64,000 bases of DNA. It comes from Octopus sinensis (lineage: Eukaryota). This document shows, piece by piece, positions 48,274-63,768 of the stretch. The position numbers and the translations under genes are program-made. The stretch covers positions 17,980,001 through 18,044,000 of the forward strand of contig NC_043008.1 of assembly GCF_006345805.1 (NCBI RefSeq), in the 5' to 3' direction. Every line of letters begins with the position of its first letter. Within the stretch, counting starts at the first letter, position 1. The notes under the pieces are model-generated. The model was not told the DNA's origin. It was given only the letters and a program-made list of their open reading frames with translations, and made no database searches.

Positions 48274-48390
48274 CCGTAAATCTTCGAGTATAGTCCGCCC
48301 TTGAGTCTAATACGCACGGGATTTTTAGGGGTCTGTACTTCTGAAAAACCTAAACCTTGTGTATAATACGCACCCCTTCACTAACTTGAG
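48274..48390 (+). mobile_element. Possible Tc1/pogo-type MITE end
   Basis: TA then ccgtaaatcttcgagtatag, with repeated taatacgcac; no partner TIR found. Confidence 0.3.
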
Positions 48391-50122
48391 TTGTGAGTAA
48401 TTAAGATAGCAGCACCTAGTCGAACAGACATTTCCACGCATACGTAATGCAATATGGTGATGTTCTTAACTGTTATAAAGGAATGTAAATATATTTGCAA
48501 ATTGTTTTTGTTACATGTTATTCTGTGTTCTGAATACTTTTATTTTAATAAAGGTTGCTTACTGCAAGTTATAAAAGATGATTCTTTGATGACTTCATTG
48601 CTTTCAGGCTTAGCTTCGGGTATTTTCGCGCCCGACATCACAAAATGCGTCTGAATAAACATTGCTGGACAGCAAATAGAGACTCAGACATTGCTGAGAA
48701 AATATTTTTCATTCTTAATCTCGTATATAGTAAGTACTAGGGATTTTGACCTTTAAATTTTGGGGAAAAAAGTGCGGATTATACGGTATGTGTATGCATG
48801 TGCGTCTACGTGTGCGGGTATGTGTCTGTGCGGGTGAGTGTGTATGCATGTATATATATATATGTGCGTGTGTCTTTATATCTGTGTTTGTCAGCACCAG
48901 CCTTGAACACATAGCTTAACAACGGGTATTAGTTTGTTTACCTCCCTGTAATGAAGCGGTTCGGCATAGAGCTCGATTTAATATACACCAAACCTTAAAA
49001 AATAACTTTAGGCGCCGATTTGTTCGACTAAACCCTTCAAGGAAGTGCTACACCATGAGTAGCGGTCCACTGAATGAAAGAAATAATATATAAAAGTTAA
49101 AACTATTTTTATAAATTACAATGTATGTATCATGAAGGGTTATCTAGCATTTCGTGGGAAACCTTGTTTTGAAGGACTTTTAAACGCACAAACAGTAAAT
49201 GGTTATTCGTCGAGGACTACAATGAAACAATGTAATCATTCGAACTAGTAATATTTCGTGGGAGGTTATAATATAAACTATAAATACTGGTTCAAATCAA
49301 CCAACAAATGTGAATAGATATTTCAATAAATGCTGATATACATATTTATACACTGTTTTGGCTCTGTGCCTATATCAACAGCCTCAAATGCATATTTGGA
49401 AGACCTGACATATTGCGTTTTGTAATGACCGCAGCTGATAAACTTGCATGTAGTTTGTTGCTTCCAAGATAAAACCTACTTTCCCTGACGTGATATCGAC
49501 ATTATTGTTGGAATGACACCAAAAAGAGTGGAAACAAAAACAAATACATTAAAAAAAATCAATAAGTAAAAACTGATTTATTTCGACAATATATTCTGAT
49601 AACAACGCCAAATCTTAGAAAATTGGGCAGAAATGAACAATTATTTATTATTTATCAGATATTAGTCATATCTAACTGTTTACCACAACCATTTTCCCAT
49701 TTGTTTTCGTATTCTCAGTTCTTACATCTATATTTTTCTTTTTTTTTTTATCTCACTTCTCCATTATCCTCCACTTCTATATCTCCATCCTACTAACAAC
49801 ACTTTCTGCTTCTTCTTTTTTTTAATATATACCGTTCTTTTTTTGTTTTTCTTTCTTTTTGCGTTAGTATATATAAACCTATATATCTCGCATTTTATTC
49901 ATCTTTCCTGTATCATCTAATACCTTTGTTTTTGCTTTCTCGGCACTGTTTCCCCCTCCAATATTTCGGTGTTGCTTCTTTTTCAGCTGCTGTCTTCCTC
50001 TTCGTCTCACTAACTCTCTTTTAGTATCATTTTCTCTCGCAGAGAAACAGAAAGGCCAAGCTCTTTCTGTTTCTTTCATTGTTTCTCTTTTTGAACGTAT
50101 CTCAACCTGTCCTATTCTATGG

Positions 50123-50180
<58 letters not shown>

Positions 50181-51897
50181 ATTACGCTAGCTTCGCTTGA
50201 GGGTTTTATCGCTTAAACGTATTATCCCCTCATCTCCCTTTTTAACTCTTTTTCTTTGGGGATTTTCACGATTAGTTTTTGTCCTCTCATGCTTCTAACC
50301 TACCTGATGTATCTGTTTTACATTCGAAAAGAGATCAATGGAATAGACACTTTAGACACGCACACATATATATACTTTAATACACACACACATATATATA
50401 AATATATTTGTGTATATGATTATGTGTGTGGATATGTGGATGTGTATAAATTGAACACTACAGATAGTGAGATTATGTGTTGGACAAAGTGAGAAAGTTG
50501 TATATATAAATAAAGCAGGAAAGAGATTAAGAACGATTAGGGAAATGTGCAAAAAAAGACCACAAGACCATATTGATTGTTGGAATATTCTATAAAATTT
50601 CGAAAGACAAGTAATAAATTATTTTTTTTTTCTGACGATTTTGTTCGAAACAAGACTTCAATCCACTGTAGCGTAAGGGACTACAAAGACGAGAAAAAAA
50701 GTAGCCTACAAAAATGTTGCTGGTTGACAGCAAGCTTAAAGGACAGAATAACATAGACTAGTGGATAAGACCATGACAATGGATTCTACATAAGAGCAGT
50801 TCGAGGAATGTTCGAGTCGGTGCTGAACAGTTCCAGGCTTTGGGTAAAAGAAAACACAGGTGGAGCAGTTAGTTATGATTTTATTCAATATATTCTCCTC
50901 TCAGATTCACACACTTATTGCAGAAGTCGTTCAGTTTTTCAAAACCCTGTCAAAGAACTCGGAATGTTGGGCCTCCAACCAAGCATTTAGCGATACCCTT
51001 AAATCCAGGAACTTTACAGCCAATTCTCGTATTAGAATAAAAAAAAAAAACCTATGATTGACAGGAATCTCAACAGAGGAGTAATCCACTAGAGAAGAGA
51101 ACCAGGTGATACTTTTAGTAGTTTTGACAGAGGGTATTAGGCCTGAAAGTTCGACAAAGCAGTGGACGCAGAAATGGAAATGTTTGTGGAAAAATCGTCT
51201 TATTAAGGGAGTCAGTCAAATTAATTGGATTAATCGGATTATCTGAAGCATTATTGTGTGATTAAGAAAACACATTTGCACTATGCACGTATCTTGGGCG
51301 CGTATCTTGTTCCATTTGCTCAAATTCATGGTTGTCTAGTGTTACGTATGCGTTTTGAGTTATTGTTCACAATGTCTTTTATCTGAATGAACTTGAAATA
51401 AAATGTGAATGTTCTGCGAAGAGCAATAGTTTGCAAAATACTCGGACAAAGTGATAAGAGTAGACCATTTGCATTCCATACGGAACGTTATTCCAAGTCC
51501 AGGACGCAGTGTCGCTGTATGTGGTCAAAGGACAAAACATCAAAAACAACCGTGTGGTGGGAAGTGGTGGTTGGTATTAGTGGTGGTGGAGATGTGGGGT
51601 GGGGTGGGGGCGGGGATGATAGATGTGAGTCTCTATATGAATGATAAGTATTTTTACATGTACGACTAACAATAAATATTTGTTATTCGTGTTTGTGGTA
51701 TGCGTGCGCCTTTGATGCATTTTGGGTGGGTATTATGAATTCCTCAAGAATTTAGTTTACTCAAATTTCTTGAAAGACATGAGTATATGTTTGTATAAAG
51801 GTTGATGCGCGTGAGTGCGTTTAGTTGGTGCACTATATCTGAATCTGGATTGATTTTCATTTCGTTAGCTGTTAAAATACAAGGTAAGCAGTATATA

Positions 51898-52007
<110 letters not shown>

Positions 52008-52435
52008 GTGTGTTTGAGTGGGACGGTGCCACCGGGAGCGTCTCAGCCATAATGGATCGGCGCCGGTGGAGATCCACGACTACCAATTATGGGCCTGCGC
52101 GTACCCGATGGTAGCCCCGGAACAGCTTTTACGCTTCTCGGGATGGCCCACTGACATCGCGAGCATCGGCTTGACGGAGGCCAGGGATATCTATTTTCTC
52201 ATTCGCTGGCTTTCTGCTGAGATGGTAAGTTAATTTCTGTTATGCCCGCTGTCTTTCCAGTTTTTTTTTTACTCTGATTTGCATGACAATACTAGCACCT
52301 CGTGTGCCCTGTTATAATTATAAATTAACTATAATTATAAATTAACTATAAAATTTTGGATTTGGCATTTATCGGCTTTTGCTTGCTGGCCACTTATATA
52401 ATTGTTATTACTATTTATTTTACTTATAATAATCC

Positions 52436-52572
52436 TTTCTACTGTAGGCACAAGGCCTGGGATTTTGGGGAGTGGGTCAGTCATTAGATCTACCCCAGTA
52501 TACAACTGGTATTTAATTTATCGACCCTGAAAGATTGAAAAGCAAAGCCGACCTCGGTGGAATTTGAACTCA
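52436..52572 (-). mobile_element. SINE family A 3' part
   Basis: Body homology. Confidence 0.7.
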
Positions 52573-52649
52573 ATATTTTACTACTAATAATAATGAATAA
52601 TAATAATTTACTTCTTTTTTATTAAGTTACAGGGATGTATATATATATA

Positions 52650-53026
52650 TATTCTTTTATTTCTTTCAGTCATTTGACTGTGGCCAAGATGGAGCACCAC
52701 ATTTAGTCAAACAAATCGCCCCCAGTACCCATTCTTTATAAGCCTAGTACTTATTCTATCAGTCTCTTTGGCAGAAGCGCTTCATTATGGGGATATAAAA
52801 ACACCAGCATCGGATGTGAAGCAATGGTGGTGGGACAAATACAGACACACAAACATACACACACATATATACACATATATATACAACGGGCTTCTTTCAG
52901 TTTCCGTCTGCCGAATTAACTCACAAGTCTTTGGTCGGTCCGAGGCTGTAGTAGAAAATAGTTGCCCAAGGTGCCAGGGATTGAACCCTGAACCATGTGG
53001 CTACATACCATACAGCCACTCCTACG

Positions 53027-53030
<4 letters not shown>
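52650..53030 (-). mobile_element. SINE family B
   Basis: Both halves. Confidence 0.82.
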
Positions 53031-53067
<37 letters not shown>

Positions 53068-53867
53068 ATATATATATATATACATATATTTATATTTCTA
53101 TATACATATATATATATATAAATACACACAACACAAACACACACACACACATACACACACACACACATATACTATCCTGGATTCGAGACTAGGAATTTGG
53201 TAAGCCTCAAGCAGTGAATGAGAGATACAGAGAAGTAAAGGCGGGCAGCGTACCATAAGAGACAACAACTTATTAGTATCGAGCGTTACGCATTTATTAC
53301 TTATATGCATATTACTTATATGCATATATGTGTATGTATGCAAAGATGAGTGTGTGTGTAAATAAACATATATATTTAAATGTGGAAATGCGTGTGTATG
53401 CGTGTATGGACTTTTGTATCTGTATATCTTTTATTTCTTAACTACAACAATTAATGCTCACTCATATTTATCTGCGATTTTATATCCCTTAAGCATAATC
53501 CACCACAATTTTCTTGCGGTGCATTGCGGCGAAAACATCGATCGAATACTTTAGTCGTACCACTATATTTCCTCCTTTTGTTTATGATGCATTGTAATAA
53601 AGGATTCTATTGCTTCACCAATTTTAGTTTGTAACATAGTTTGTAAGACATTTCAATAAATCATATTTCGTATTGGTTTTCTAACTTTGTTTACACCTAA
53701 TTTTCCCATTTTCCTAATGAACAGAAAATTAAATATAGAAATTGCAACAAAAACAGAAAGGGTGATTGAGACGTTTCACAACTTTTAAAGTATGGATAAT
53801 ATTCTGCCAAGTGACAAACCCCAACTGTAATTATAAAGGCTGTTGGAGAATTAATTTCTTTGTCAGA

Positions 53868-53954
53868 TGGGCAAGTGTCTTCTACTATAGCCCCGGGCCG
53901 ACCAATGCCTTGTGAGTGGATTTGGTAGACGGAAACTGAAAGAAGCCTGTCGTA

Positions 53955-53997
<43 letters not shown>

Positions 53998-54215
53998 TTG
54001 TGTGTCTGTGTGTGTCCCCCCTAGCATTGCTTGACAACTGATGCTGGTGTGTTTATGTCCCCGTTACCTAGCGGTTCGGCAAAAGAGACCGATAGAATAA
54101 GTACTGGGCTTACAAAGAATAAGTCCCGGGGTCGATTTGCTCGACTAAAGGCGGTGCTCCAGCATGGCCACAGTCAAATGACTGAAACAAGTAAAAGAGT
54201 AAAAGAGTAAAGAGT
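53868..54215 (+). mobile_element. SINE family B, 5'-truncated
   Basis: Begins at gggcaagtgtc; closely similar to 42681-43085. Confidence 0.87.
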
Positions 54216-54284
54216 AATAATAAGCAGCCCCGAATTTTGCTATTTAGAAAATATGTTTGTATTAATATTACTTTAGCTAATGGA

Positions 54285-54483
54285 CACAAGGCCTGAAATT
54301 TTTAGAGATGTTCTTAGTTGATTATATCGACCCCAGTGATTATCTGGATCTTATTTCACTGACCCAGAAGCGAAGAAAGCTAGTGTTGACTTTGGTGAAA
54401 TTTGAACTCAGAGAACGTAACGCCGGAAAAATGCCGCTACGCATTTTGACCGATGTGTTAATGTCTCCACTAGCTCGCTGCCT
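54285..54483 (-). mobile_element. SINE family A
   Basis: Diverged reverse copy. Confidence 0.72.
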
Positions 54484-54689
54484 GAATGTTTTCAAATGTT
54501 AGCACAAGGCCAGCAATTTTAGAGCTTGTGGGTTAGTTTATGACTAACCCACATCATATTTTTCACACATCGGTGTTGTCCTGTTCTTATTGCATGTAAT
54601 TTTGGGAATATTGATCTGCACTGATCGCTCGTGTGTCTACGTAATTTTCACTCGTTGGTAATGCCCTCTACTTGACGTATTTTATGTGT

Positions 54690-54717
54690 GTGCGTATATA
54701 TATATTATATATATATA

Positions 54718-54759
<42 letters not shown>

Positions 54760-54793
54760 AGAATATATATATAGGTATATATATATGTGTATA

Positions 54794-54848
<55 letters not shown>

Positions 54849-55036
54849 GTATATATATATACGTATATATATATGTGTTATATATATGTATATATATATA
54901 TATGTATATATGTGTATATATATATGTATATTTATATATGTATATATATATGTGTGTATATGTATATATATATATGTGATATATATATATGTATATATAT
55001 ATATGTATATATACATATGTATAATATATATATATA

Positions 55037-55074
<38 letters not shown>

Positions 55075-55260
55075 GTGTAATATATATATGTGTGTGTATA
55101 TATATATGTATATATATAGTATATATATATATATATGTATATATATAGATACAAAACATATATATATATATATATATATACATATATATCATTATATATA
55201 TATATATATACATACATATATATATATATATATTTATATACATATATATATATATATATG
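54690..55260. repeat. Long degenerate (TA)n tract
   Basis: Direct reading. Confidence 0.97.
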
Positions 55261-55959
55261 CGCCATAGGGCCTACAAGTCCTTATAATATACTCGTGATA
55301 TACCCATGTATTATGTCGCATCTTTTAGATGTAATAATATAACGCATCATACAGGTGGCTATGTTTAAACACCGAGGAAATTCATTTCGGTATCGATCAA
55401 TAAATCAAAAGAAATAAAATATCCTTGGGAGTAAATACAAAGATCAGAAGTGATTGTTATATACCCCGCTATATACACAAATATAATACGTCTGAAGGAT
55501 TTGCAATGAGAGTTTGCCTCTTTGAAATTCATAGACGTGCGCAAGATATAAACCTAGGATATCAGCGAGGGGTGAATTTAATTTGTGAGAACAAGTTTTA
55601 ATTGCATAAGACATGCAGTGGCGGAATAACATTAGGTTCTAAGTTTGATGTCAAAGCTGTTGTAACTATAAAAGATTATGTTGTGACAGAGAAGGATTTA
55701 TCCAGGCAAAAATATCTCCTGCTTTTCAGAATCGATAGCTCTGAACTGCTTAAAGAGGTCCATTTTTGCTGTATGTATTCTATATGTATTTCGTTGGTTA
55801 ATGTTTCAGGATTAGGTTATTAAGTGTAAATGTTTTGTCTGTGGTATAAGATATAAACTTGAACTGTTATTCGAATACCGAAGTTCAACAAGAGGATTGT
55901 TACCTTCACATTCTTTCATCCATGTCCCCAACTCAGCCTATTTCGCATGCGCGCGCGTG

Positions 55960-56097
55960 AGTGTTTATGTATGTGTGTGTGTGTGTGTGTATACGTACAT
56001 ATCTGTGCGCGCGCACACACACACACTCTCTCTCAGAATATATATAGATTGATATATATATATAGATATAGATATAGATAATTCACATGTATATATA

Positions 56098-56149
<52 letters not shown>

Positions 56150-56256
56150 GAGAGAGAGAGAGAGAGAGAAGAGAGAGAAGAGAGAGATAGATAAAATAGA
56201 TAGATAGATATAAATATATACATATATATATAATATAGATATAGATATATACATAC

Positions 56257-56288
<32 letters not shown>

Positions 56289-56420
56289 GAGAATAGAGAG
56301 GGGGAGAGAGAGAATGAGAGAGAGAGAATAGAGAGAGAGGGGGATAGAGAGAATGAGAGTGAGAGGGAGAGAGGGAATGCGGGAGAGAGAAGAAGAGAGG
56401 TGCTTAGAGATATATATAGA
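55960..56420. repeat. Compound (TG)/(TA)/(GA) microsatellite
   Basis: Direct reading. Confidence 0.95.
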
Positions 56421-56694
56421 TAGTTAGATGTGTATATCAATAGACAAAACGTCCAGAAGAGGTCGAACATGTGTTTGTAGCTAGGTGCTTAATTTTCTAA
56501 TTGGCAGGCACTGGCCAATCAGAAAAAAAAAATTAGGAAGAAGCGGAGCGAGATGCTTCACAACGGAACCGAGAAAGCAAAAACAAGACCCAAGGCCAGG
56601 AAATACCTCCAGCAATAATTATAGCAAACAAGTAACAATAGGAGGCTAATTAAATTTCGGTAGTTAGCCTAGGAATAAGCAGACTTATTTGCTA

Positions 56695-57063
56695 CGTTGT
56701 TGTTGGCACTCCGTCGGCTACGACGATGAGGGGTTCCGGTTGATCCGATCAACGGAACAGCCTGCTCGTGAAATTAACGTGCAAGTGGCTGAGCACTCCA
56801 CAGATACGTGTACCCTTAACGTAGTTCTCGGGAGAGATTCAGCGTGACACAGAGCGTGACACGGCTGGCCCTTTGAAATACAGGTACAACAGAAACAGGA
56901 AGATAGAGTGAGAGAAAGTTGTGGTGAAAGAGTACAGCAGGGTTCGCCACCAGCCCCTGCTATAGCCTCGTGGAGCATTAGGTGCTTTCGCTCAATAAAG
57001 TTATAATGCCCGGTCTGGAAATCGAAACCGCGATCCGACGGCCGCGAGTCCGCTGCCCTAACC
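56695..57063 (-). mobile_element. SINE family C
   Basis: Tail matches 5410-5590; the longer middle is shared with 59255-59629. Confidence 0.85.
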
Positions 57064-57294
57064 TTTGGGAAATGTACCATCACAATTTGCTATAGTGGTT
57101 GCATAAATTACAAGTTGGAAGAAAAGGGAGACTCTCAGTGTCATTACAAGCTGGGTATTTTCTATTACTGAACAATATTCTGTTGAGCACAAGATGGAAG
57201 GAATCGTAGTCTCGAAGTTCAAGAAATTGTTTAGTTCTGCAGTGTATAAGTGACACGATGCTTATTAATTCTTCTTTTAACTTTCGTACTAAAT

Positions 57295-57392
57295 TTATCG
57301 TTCGTTTTGCCGAAATGTTAAGTTATGGAAGAAGTAAAGGAACCAACACTTGTTGTCATCGGGCAGAGGGATAAATACAGACACAAACACAG

Positions 57393-57489
<97 letters not shown>

Positions 57490-57730
57490 CGTGTGTGTAT
57501 GTTTGTGTGTTTGTGCAAATACGTATACATACATACATATATATATACACGCACACATATATATATATATATGTATATTTATATACAGAGAGAGAGAGAG
57601 GCTTCCTCACTGTTTCCATATGCCAAATTCAATCACAAGGCACTAAGGATTATAGTAAAGACACTCACTCAAAGTGCTGCGCAATGAGACTGAAATCAAA
57701 CTACTTAATTTCTAAGCGAGCTCTTTAACC
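57295..57730 (-). mobile_element. SINE family B, degraded
   Basis: Both halves around an expanded microsatellite. Confidence 0.7.
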
Positions 57731-58459
57731 ACAGAAGCATGTATATATGTACATACGTGTGTTAACATAATATATATGCCTGTGCATGCATGCGTAAAAC
57801 ACATGAGCAGGGGTGAACATATAATTATTAATGTGTAATTACTCGCTATGCGATCACACGATATATGCAAATATGCCAGTTTATTTGTCTCTGCTTCTGT
57901 ATCTCCTTTCCCTGTAAACATCACAAAGTTCTTACAATATTTCTAATTATAAACCCATCCATACAAAGTTTAACCGGGATGCCATATTATTGTTAGAACT
58001 TCCTGGGAATATAATGTCTTCTGAACCGTTTTCATAAATGGTAATTGAAATTAGCGATATTGTCAAATACGGCTACTTAGTCAGACTCATGTCTTTAACT
58101 TAGTTAAACGAGAGGTACATGATACAAGAAAAGCTCACTTAGTGTAGAGTGCTTTGATCTTTATAGCTATCTAAGTGGAGTAATGTAGTCTCTTTGAAAA
58201 GGATACCGAGCAAGGGAAAATATTATTATGCACGAGAAGAAACCCTTTAATGGGTATTTCTATTTTTGTGATGTTGTAAATATGCTACGTCAATAATTCG
58301 GTGTTAATTCCTGTGCAATGTACAAAAGAAACGACGGAAAATTAAGATTCAATTTAGAAGACATTCATAACTTATAACGAAGTGAATTCAAAGACAATAT
58401 CTTCGCGGTGAATGGAGTGAATTCCAGCAGAGAAATAATTAAACTAATTAGTTCGTACG

Positions 58460-58782
58460 TATATATATATATATATATATGCATATATATATACATATCC
58501 ATATATGTATATATGCATATATATATACATACATATATATTATATATATATACATATATATATATGTATACATACATATATATATATATACACACACACA
58601 CATATATTATATAATACATATATATATATATATTATTTTATATCCTATATATATATACATAGCATATATGTATATACATATGTATATATATATATATACA
58701 TATATTTATATACATATATATATACATACTATGCATATATACATGCATATACTTCATATATATCTATATATATATATTATAT

Positions 58783-58825
<43 letters not shown>
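58460..58825. repeat. Degenerate (TA)n tract
   Basis: Direct reading. Confidence 0.96.
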
Positions 58826-59254
58826 ATGTGACTGCATGTATGTATGTGGGCTTGTGTTTGTCTCTAGCTTGTGGTGTACATATCGTTAAATATTTATCGT
58901 CTCATTCTATTTCGAACTTGTATACGCACATATACGTTTGTGTGTTTGCGTGCGTGTTTGTGTGTGCCTGAAAATGTGTATAAGAATACCAATCTGAGGA
59001 TCTGTTTATAATGTCTCTGTATTTATATATATATAAATGGTTTTACATATGCATGTATGTATAGTATATTTTCCAATTTTGAATTATAAATCGCACATCA
59101 TTTCAGAGCTTTTAATGGAGAGATTCAGGTTCACTTCTGTTTTCGATTGTCGAGGTTCAATCCTAGCTTTCCTCATCTTCATCTTTCGTCCGGTTCCCCA
59201 GAAAGAGGTCGCCTGCTACACTCGATGCTCTAGCAGTCAATGGAATGAATGGAA

Positions 59255-59629
59255 GCACTCCGTCGGTCACGACGACGAGGGTTCTGGTTGATACGAATCA
59301 ACGGAACAGCCTGCTCGTGAAATTAACGTGTAAGTGGCTGAGCACTCCACAGACACGTGTACCCTTAACGTAGTTCTCGGGAAGATTCAGCGTGACACAG
59401 AGAGTGACAAGGCCGGCCCTTTGAAATACAGGTACAACAGAAACAGGAAATAAGAGTGAGAGAAAGTTGTCGTGAAAGTACAGCAGGGATCACCACCATC
59501 CCATGCCGGAGCCTCGTGGAGCCTTAGTTGTTTTCGCTCATTAAACACTCACAACGCCCGGTCTGGGAATCGAAACCGCGATCCTATGACCGCGAGTCTG
59601 CTGCCCTTACCACTGGGCCATTGCGCCTC
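59255..59629 (-). mobile_element. SINE family C, full length
   Basis: Head gaggcgcaatggcccagtgg...gtttcgattccc; tail as above. Confidence 0.87.
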
Positions 59630-60432
59630 CACTCTAACAGTCAATAATCGCCACTGATTCCTATACTCCAATCACACTGAAAACAATTCGTTGTTTCCAT
59701 ATCATTTTCTCAGACCAGGATTTCATTTAATTTCATTTAATACAGGGAGTCGTGTACAGTTACTTATCCTTAACATGCAAAGTTACTTCGTTCTAATACA
59801 GCAATGAATGACAATTGACAAACAGCATATTCAGCAATTTATTATTTGATATATTTCTCATTTTCTATATCTATAAGAATGATACCACTCTTCTACAACA
59901 CTTATTCTCCATGCTTGTATTCTACGGTCAGTGATGGCAGGGAATGTCAGATCTCACATCAATAGACAAAATAGCGAAATCACCACGTATAAGTCATGTC
60001 ATGGTTACAACTTGGTTGAGTCGACCTGAAAAGGCAACTATAATTCCTTGTGAGGGGACAGCTCATAAATGGGTAACACAAGCAGATAAGATAATTATTC
60101 AAGTATGTGCCTTTATGAGGATAAATGATTGTTAAACTGTTTCTAAAAGACGGAATATTCATTTTAGAATGAGATTAGAATGAGCTTTCAATTAGGTTTG
60201 CGGCATATTTTAACATTAACATTTATGCAATACTGGTATTACTTATAGTTTCTATTCTTTTAATCAACATGCTGTGGACATATAATCACAGGCATGACTT
60301 TGTTTAAAAACTTCCCTTCATAAAGACGGATTAGTCGTCGAGTTGTTGGCTTCTAGTATTTGGCCGGGTCTATCAATAACTTGAGAGTGAAACTCTATGG
60401 AAACCTGTCTATATATATACATACACATACAT

Positions 60433-60463
<31 letters not shown>

Positions 60464-60465
60464 TA

Positions 60466-60560
<95 letters not shown>

Positions 60561-60679
60561 ATAATATGACAACAAAGAATGAATGAGACCTCGATATTAT
60601 ATAAAATAGAGGAATTTATCTGTAAATATATGTGCCAAAAATAATGTATGTGTGTGTGTGTGTACACATATACAAAAAT

Positions 60680-61700
60680 GAGTGGCTGTGTGGTAAGTAG
60701 CTTGCTTACCAACCACATGGTTCCGGGTTCAGTCCCCACTGGTGCATCTGGGCAAGTGTCTTCTGCTATAGCCACGGGCCGACAATGCCTTGTGAGTGGA
60801 TTTGGTAGACGGAAACTGAAAGAAGCATGTCGTATATATGTATATTTTTTTTTTTTTTTTGTACTTGTTTCAGTATTTGACTGTGGCCATGCTGGAGCAC
60901 CGCCTTAGAGTGGTGAAAGAGTACAGCAGGGATCACCACCTCCTGCCGGAGCCTCGTGGAGCGTTTAGGTGTTTTTTTCGCTCATAAACACACACAACGC
61001 CGGTCTGGGAATCGAAACCGCCCCGACCGCAAGTCCGCTGCCCTAACCACTAGGCATTGCGCCTCATCTATATATATATATATGTGTGTTTGCGTGTCTG
61101 TGTTTGTCCCCCTAGCATTGCTTCACAACCGATGCTGGTGTGTTTACGTCCCCGTCACTTAGCGGTTCGGCAAAAGAGACCGATAGAATATGTACTGGGC
61201 TTACAAAGAATAAGTCCCGGGGTCGATTTGCTCGACTAAAGTGGTGCTCCAGCATGACCGCCGTCAAATGACTGAAACAAGTAAAAGAGTAAAAGAGTAT
61301 ATAGGTGCAGGAGTGGCTGTGTGGTAAGAAGCTTGATTCCCAACCACATGATTCCGGGCCCAGTCCCATTGCCTGGCACCTTGGGCAAGTATCCTCTAAC
61401 ATAGCCTCCGGCCGATCAGAGCCTTGAGAGTGGATTTGATAGACGGAATCTCAAACAAGCCCGTCGTATATACATGTGTGTGTTTGCATTTGTGTTACTG
61501 TATTTGTCCTCCCACCATCGCTTGACAACTGATATTGTCTTTTTTCTGTTCCAGTAACTTAGCTGTTCGGCAAAATATACTGATTGAATAATTACTAGGC
61601 TTACAAAGAAGAAGCTCTAGGCTCGATTTGTCCAACTAAAGACGGGGCTCCTTCATGGCCACAATCGAGTGCCTGAAATAAGTAAAAGAATAAAACAATA
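60680..61700. mobile_element. Cluster of SINE B and C fragments
   Basis: B head + (60680-60840), B tail - (60860-60905), C head - (60910-61066), B tail + (61085-61300), degraded full B + (61302-61700). Confidence 0.8.
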
Positions 61701-61896
61701 GAATATACATACATACACACACACATACACACATGTATATATACACACATGTATACATTTATATATGTGCGTGTGTTTGTTTGTGCGTGTGTGTGTGTAT
61801 GTGTGTCTGTGTGTGTATAACATGTGAATATGAAACATCAAATCCCTAATATATGCTATAATTACCCGGGAATTAGATATGGATATTACTACTACA

Positions 61897-61933
<37 letters not shown>

Positions 61934-62654
61934 ACTACTACTACTACTACTACTAATACTACTGCTACTATTATTAATATTATTATTATTATTGCGTATT
62001 CTCTATTACAAATTGAAATATTAGCACAAAAGATATAAATTACTGATATTCTCTTCCAATCGATATGTCATTTTACGACCCCATTCTTCTAATTCTTGGA
62101 TTCTTCTGGATACGTTTCGAAATATCCAATACTAACTGATACATTATTATATTATTTATTTCCTTGTTATATTCTCGATACACTTTCAATAATTCCTCTT
62201 ACAAAACTATTCCATTTAATAACACGGAACGATTTCTTTTGTTTGATTCTTTGTTTGTTTATTTCTTCTTTCTTCACTTTTTTTTTAGTTTCCGCAGAAA
62301 ATGGAATTTAATCATTTGAAGAGTGATGGAGTGTCACTTAAAAGCAGCAACACTACACAAGATTCCACACTTCACTATAAAGCTGTGTTATCGAGAAATA
62401 CAAATAACTAACAGCCAAGTGAGCAACTGCGTCAAAGTGGACAAGAAATCTCCCGAGGAATTATGCAATTACCGAATTGCCAGCCGTAATGGTTGGGTTG
62501 TTTTTGTGTGTGTTTTTTTTATATCACTATAATTGTATTTTTGATATTCTTACAATATTCAAAGCAGAAAAAAATATAGGTCTGGTATTCAAAATTAAAA
62601 GTGCTCGCGAGAATACATTCTGAAATGTTATTAACATAAGCGAGAATAGTTGAA

Positions 62655-62680
62655 TAATAATAATAATAATAATACTAATA

Positions 62681-62765
<85 letters not shown>
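62655..62765. repeat. (AAT)n microsatellite
   Basis: Direct reading. Confidence 0.97.
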
Positions 62766-62770
<5 letters not shown>

Positions 62771-63066
62771 GCATTCATTTGTGGCACATTGCATTTAGTT
62801 ATTCTGGGCAAAAATAAGTTGTTTGGAAATTGATAGATTCAGTAGGAAAAAAATTATTTTAAATGTATTGATAAAATAACGAAAGAACGAGAAGTCCTAA
62901 CGTTAAAGAATAAATGTACATTTATGTAGAGGCTCGTTGTAGTAGGAGTGATTTTAATATGATTGTAGGTTGCGACGGATTAAGCAAAAGGTCAAAGGAA
63001 TACATTTTTCCCTACACCCAACTAATCACCCCCAGCTTGACCATACATGCATACAAATATATATAT

Positions 63067-63448
63067 ACTAGCAGTATCGCCCGGCGTTGCTCAGGTTTGT
63101 AAGGGAAATAACTATAAAGCATTTTTAGAGAGTTATAGCCAAAAAATAGCAAAAAAATGGAAAAAAATGATGGTAAATTTTTTTTGAGATTTAAAAAAGG
63201 TAGAGTTGCGTCCCCTAGACAGTTTGTGGTTTGTGTTTCTCATTGTCGACCCCCATGTCGAATTTATAGATTTTTTCAGAACTGGGGGAACTTTTCAAAA
63301 TTTTCGCTGCGTTAGTTTTGAATTATGACATTGGGCTATGTGTGTGTCAAGTTTCATCAGAATCGGTTGAAAGCCGTGGTCAGGGTGAGGGTACAAGCAA
63401 AAAGACACACAGAAACACGCACAGACAAACTGCCGTTTATATATAGAT
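63067..63448 (+). mobile_element. Helitron-like non-autonomous repeat (second copy, different interior)
   Basis: actagcagtatcgcccggcgttgc start, tttatatatagat end; shares its 5' part with 16091-16395. Confidence 0.55.
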
Positions 63449-63452
63449 ATAT

Positions 63453-63520
<68 letters not shown>

Positions 63521-63522
<2 letters not shown>

Positions 63523-63768
63523 TTAGGGAATAAATCCAAACTTACAGGGAAAAATGAGATTTAGGATTAAATCCAATTTTATAGTATAAATATATTATAT
63601 TATATTATATTTAATAGAGATAAAACCACTATTAGGCAAATCAAACAGTGAAAAACATAAGCTAATACATAAAATGAATTAAAATATAAAAGTAAAAGTT
63701 TATGTATTGGCTTAATTTTTTTCACTGTTTCATTTGCCTAATAGTGGTTTTATCTCTAATTTAATATA

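Noticed and set aside
50700-51200. Possible decayed transposase region
   Set aside because: Short ORFs without diagnostic motifs; could not be assigned.
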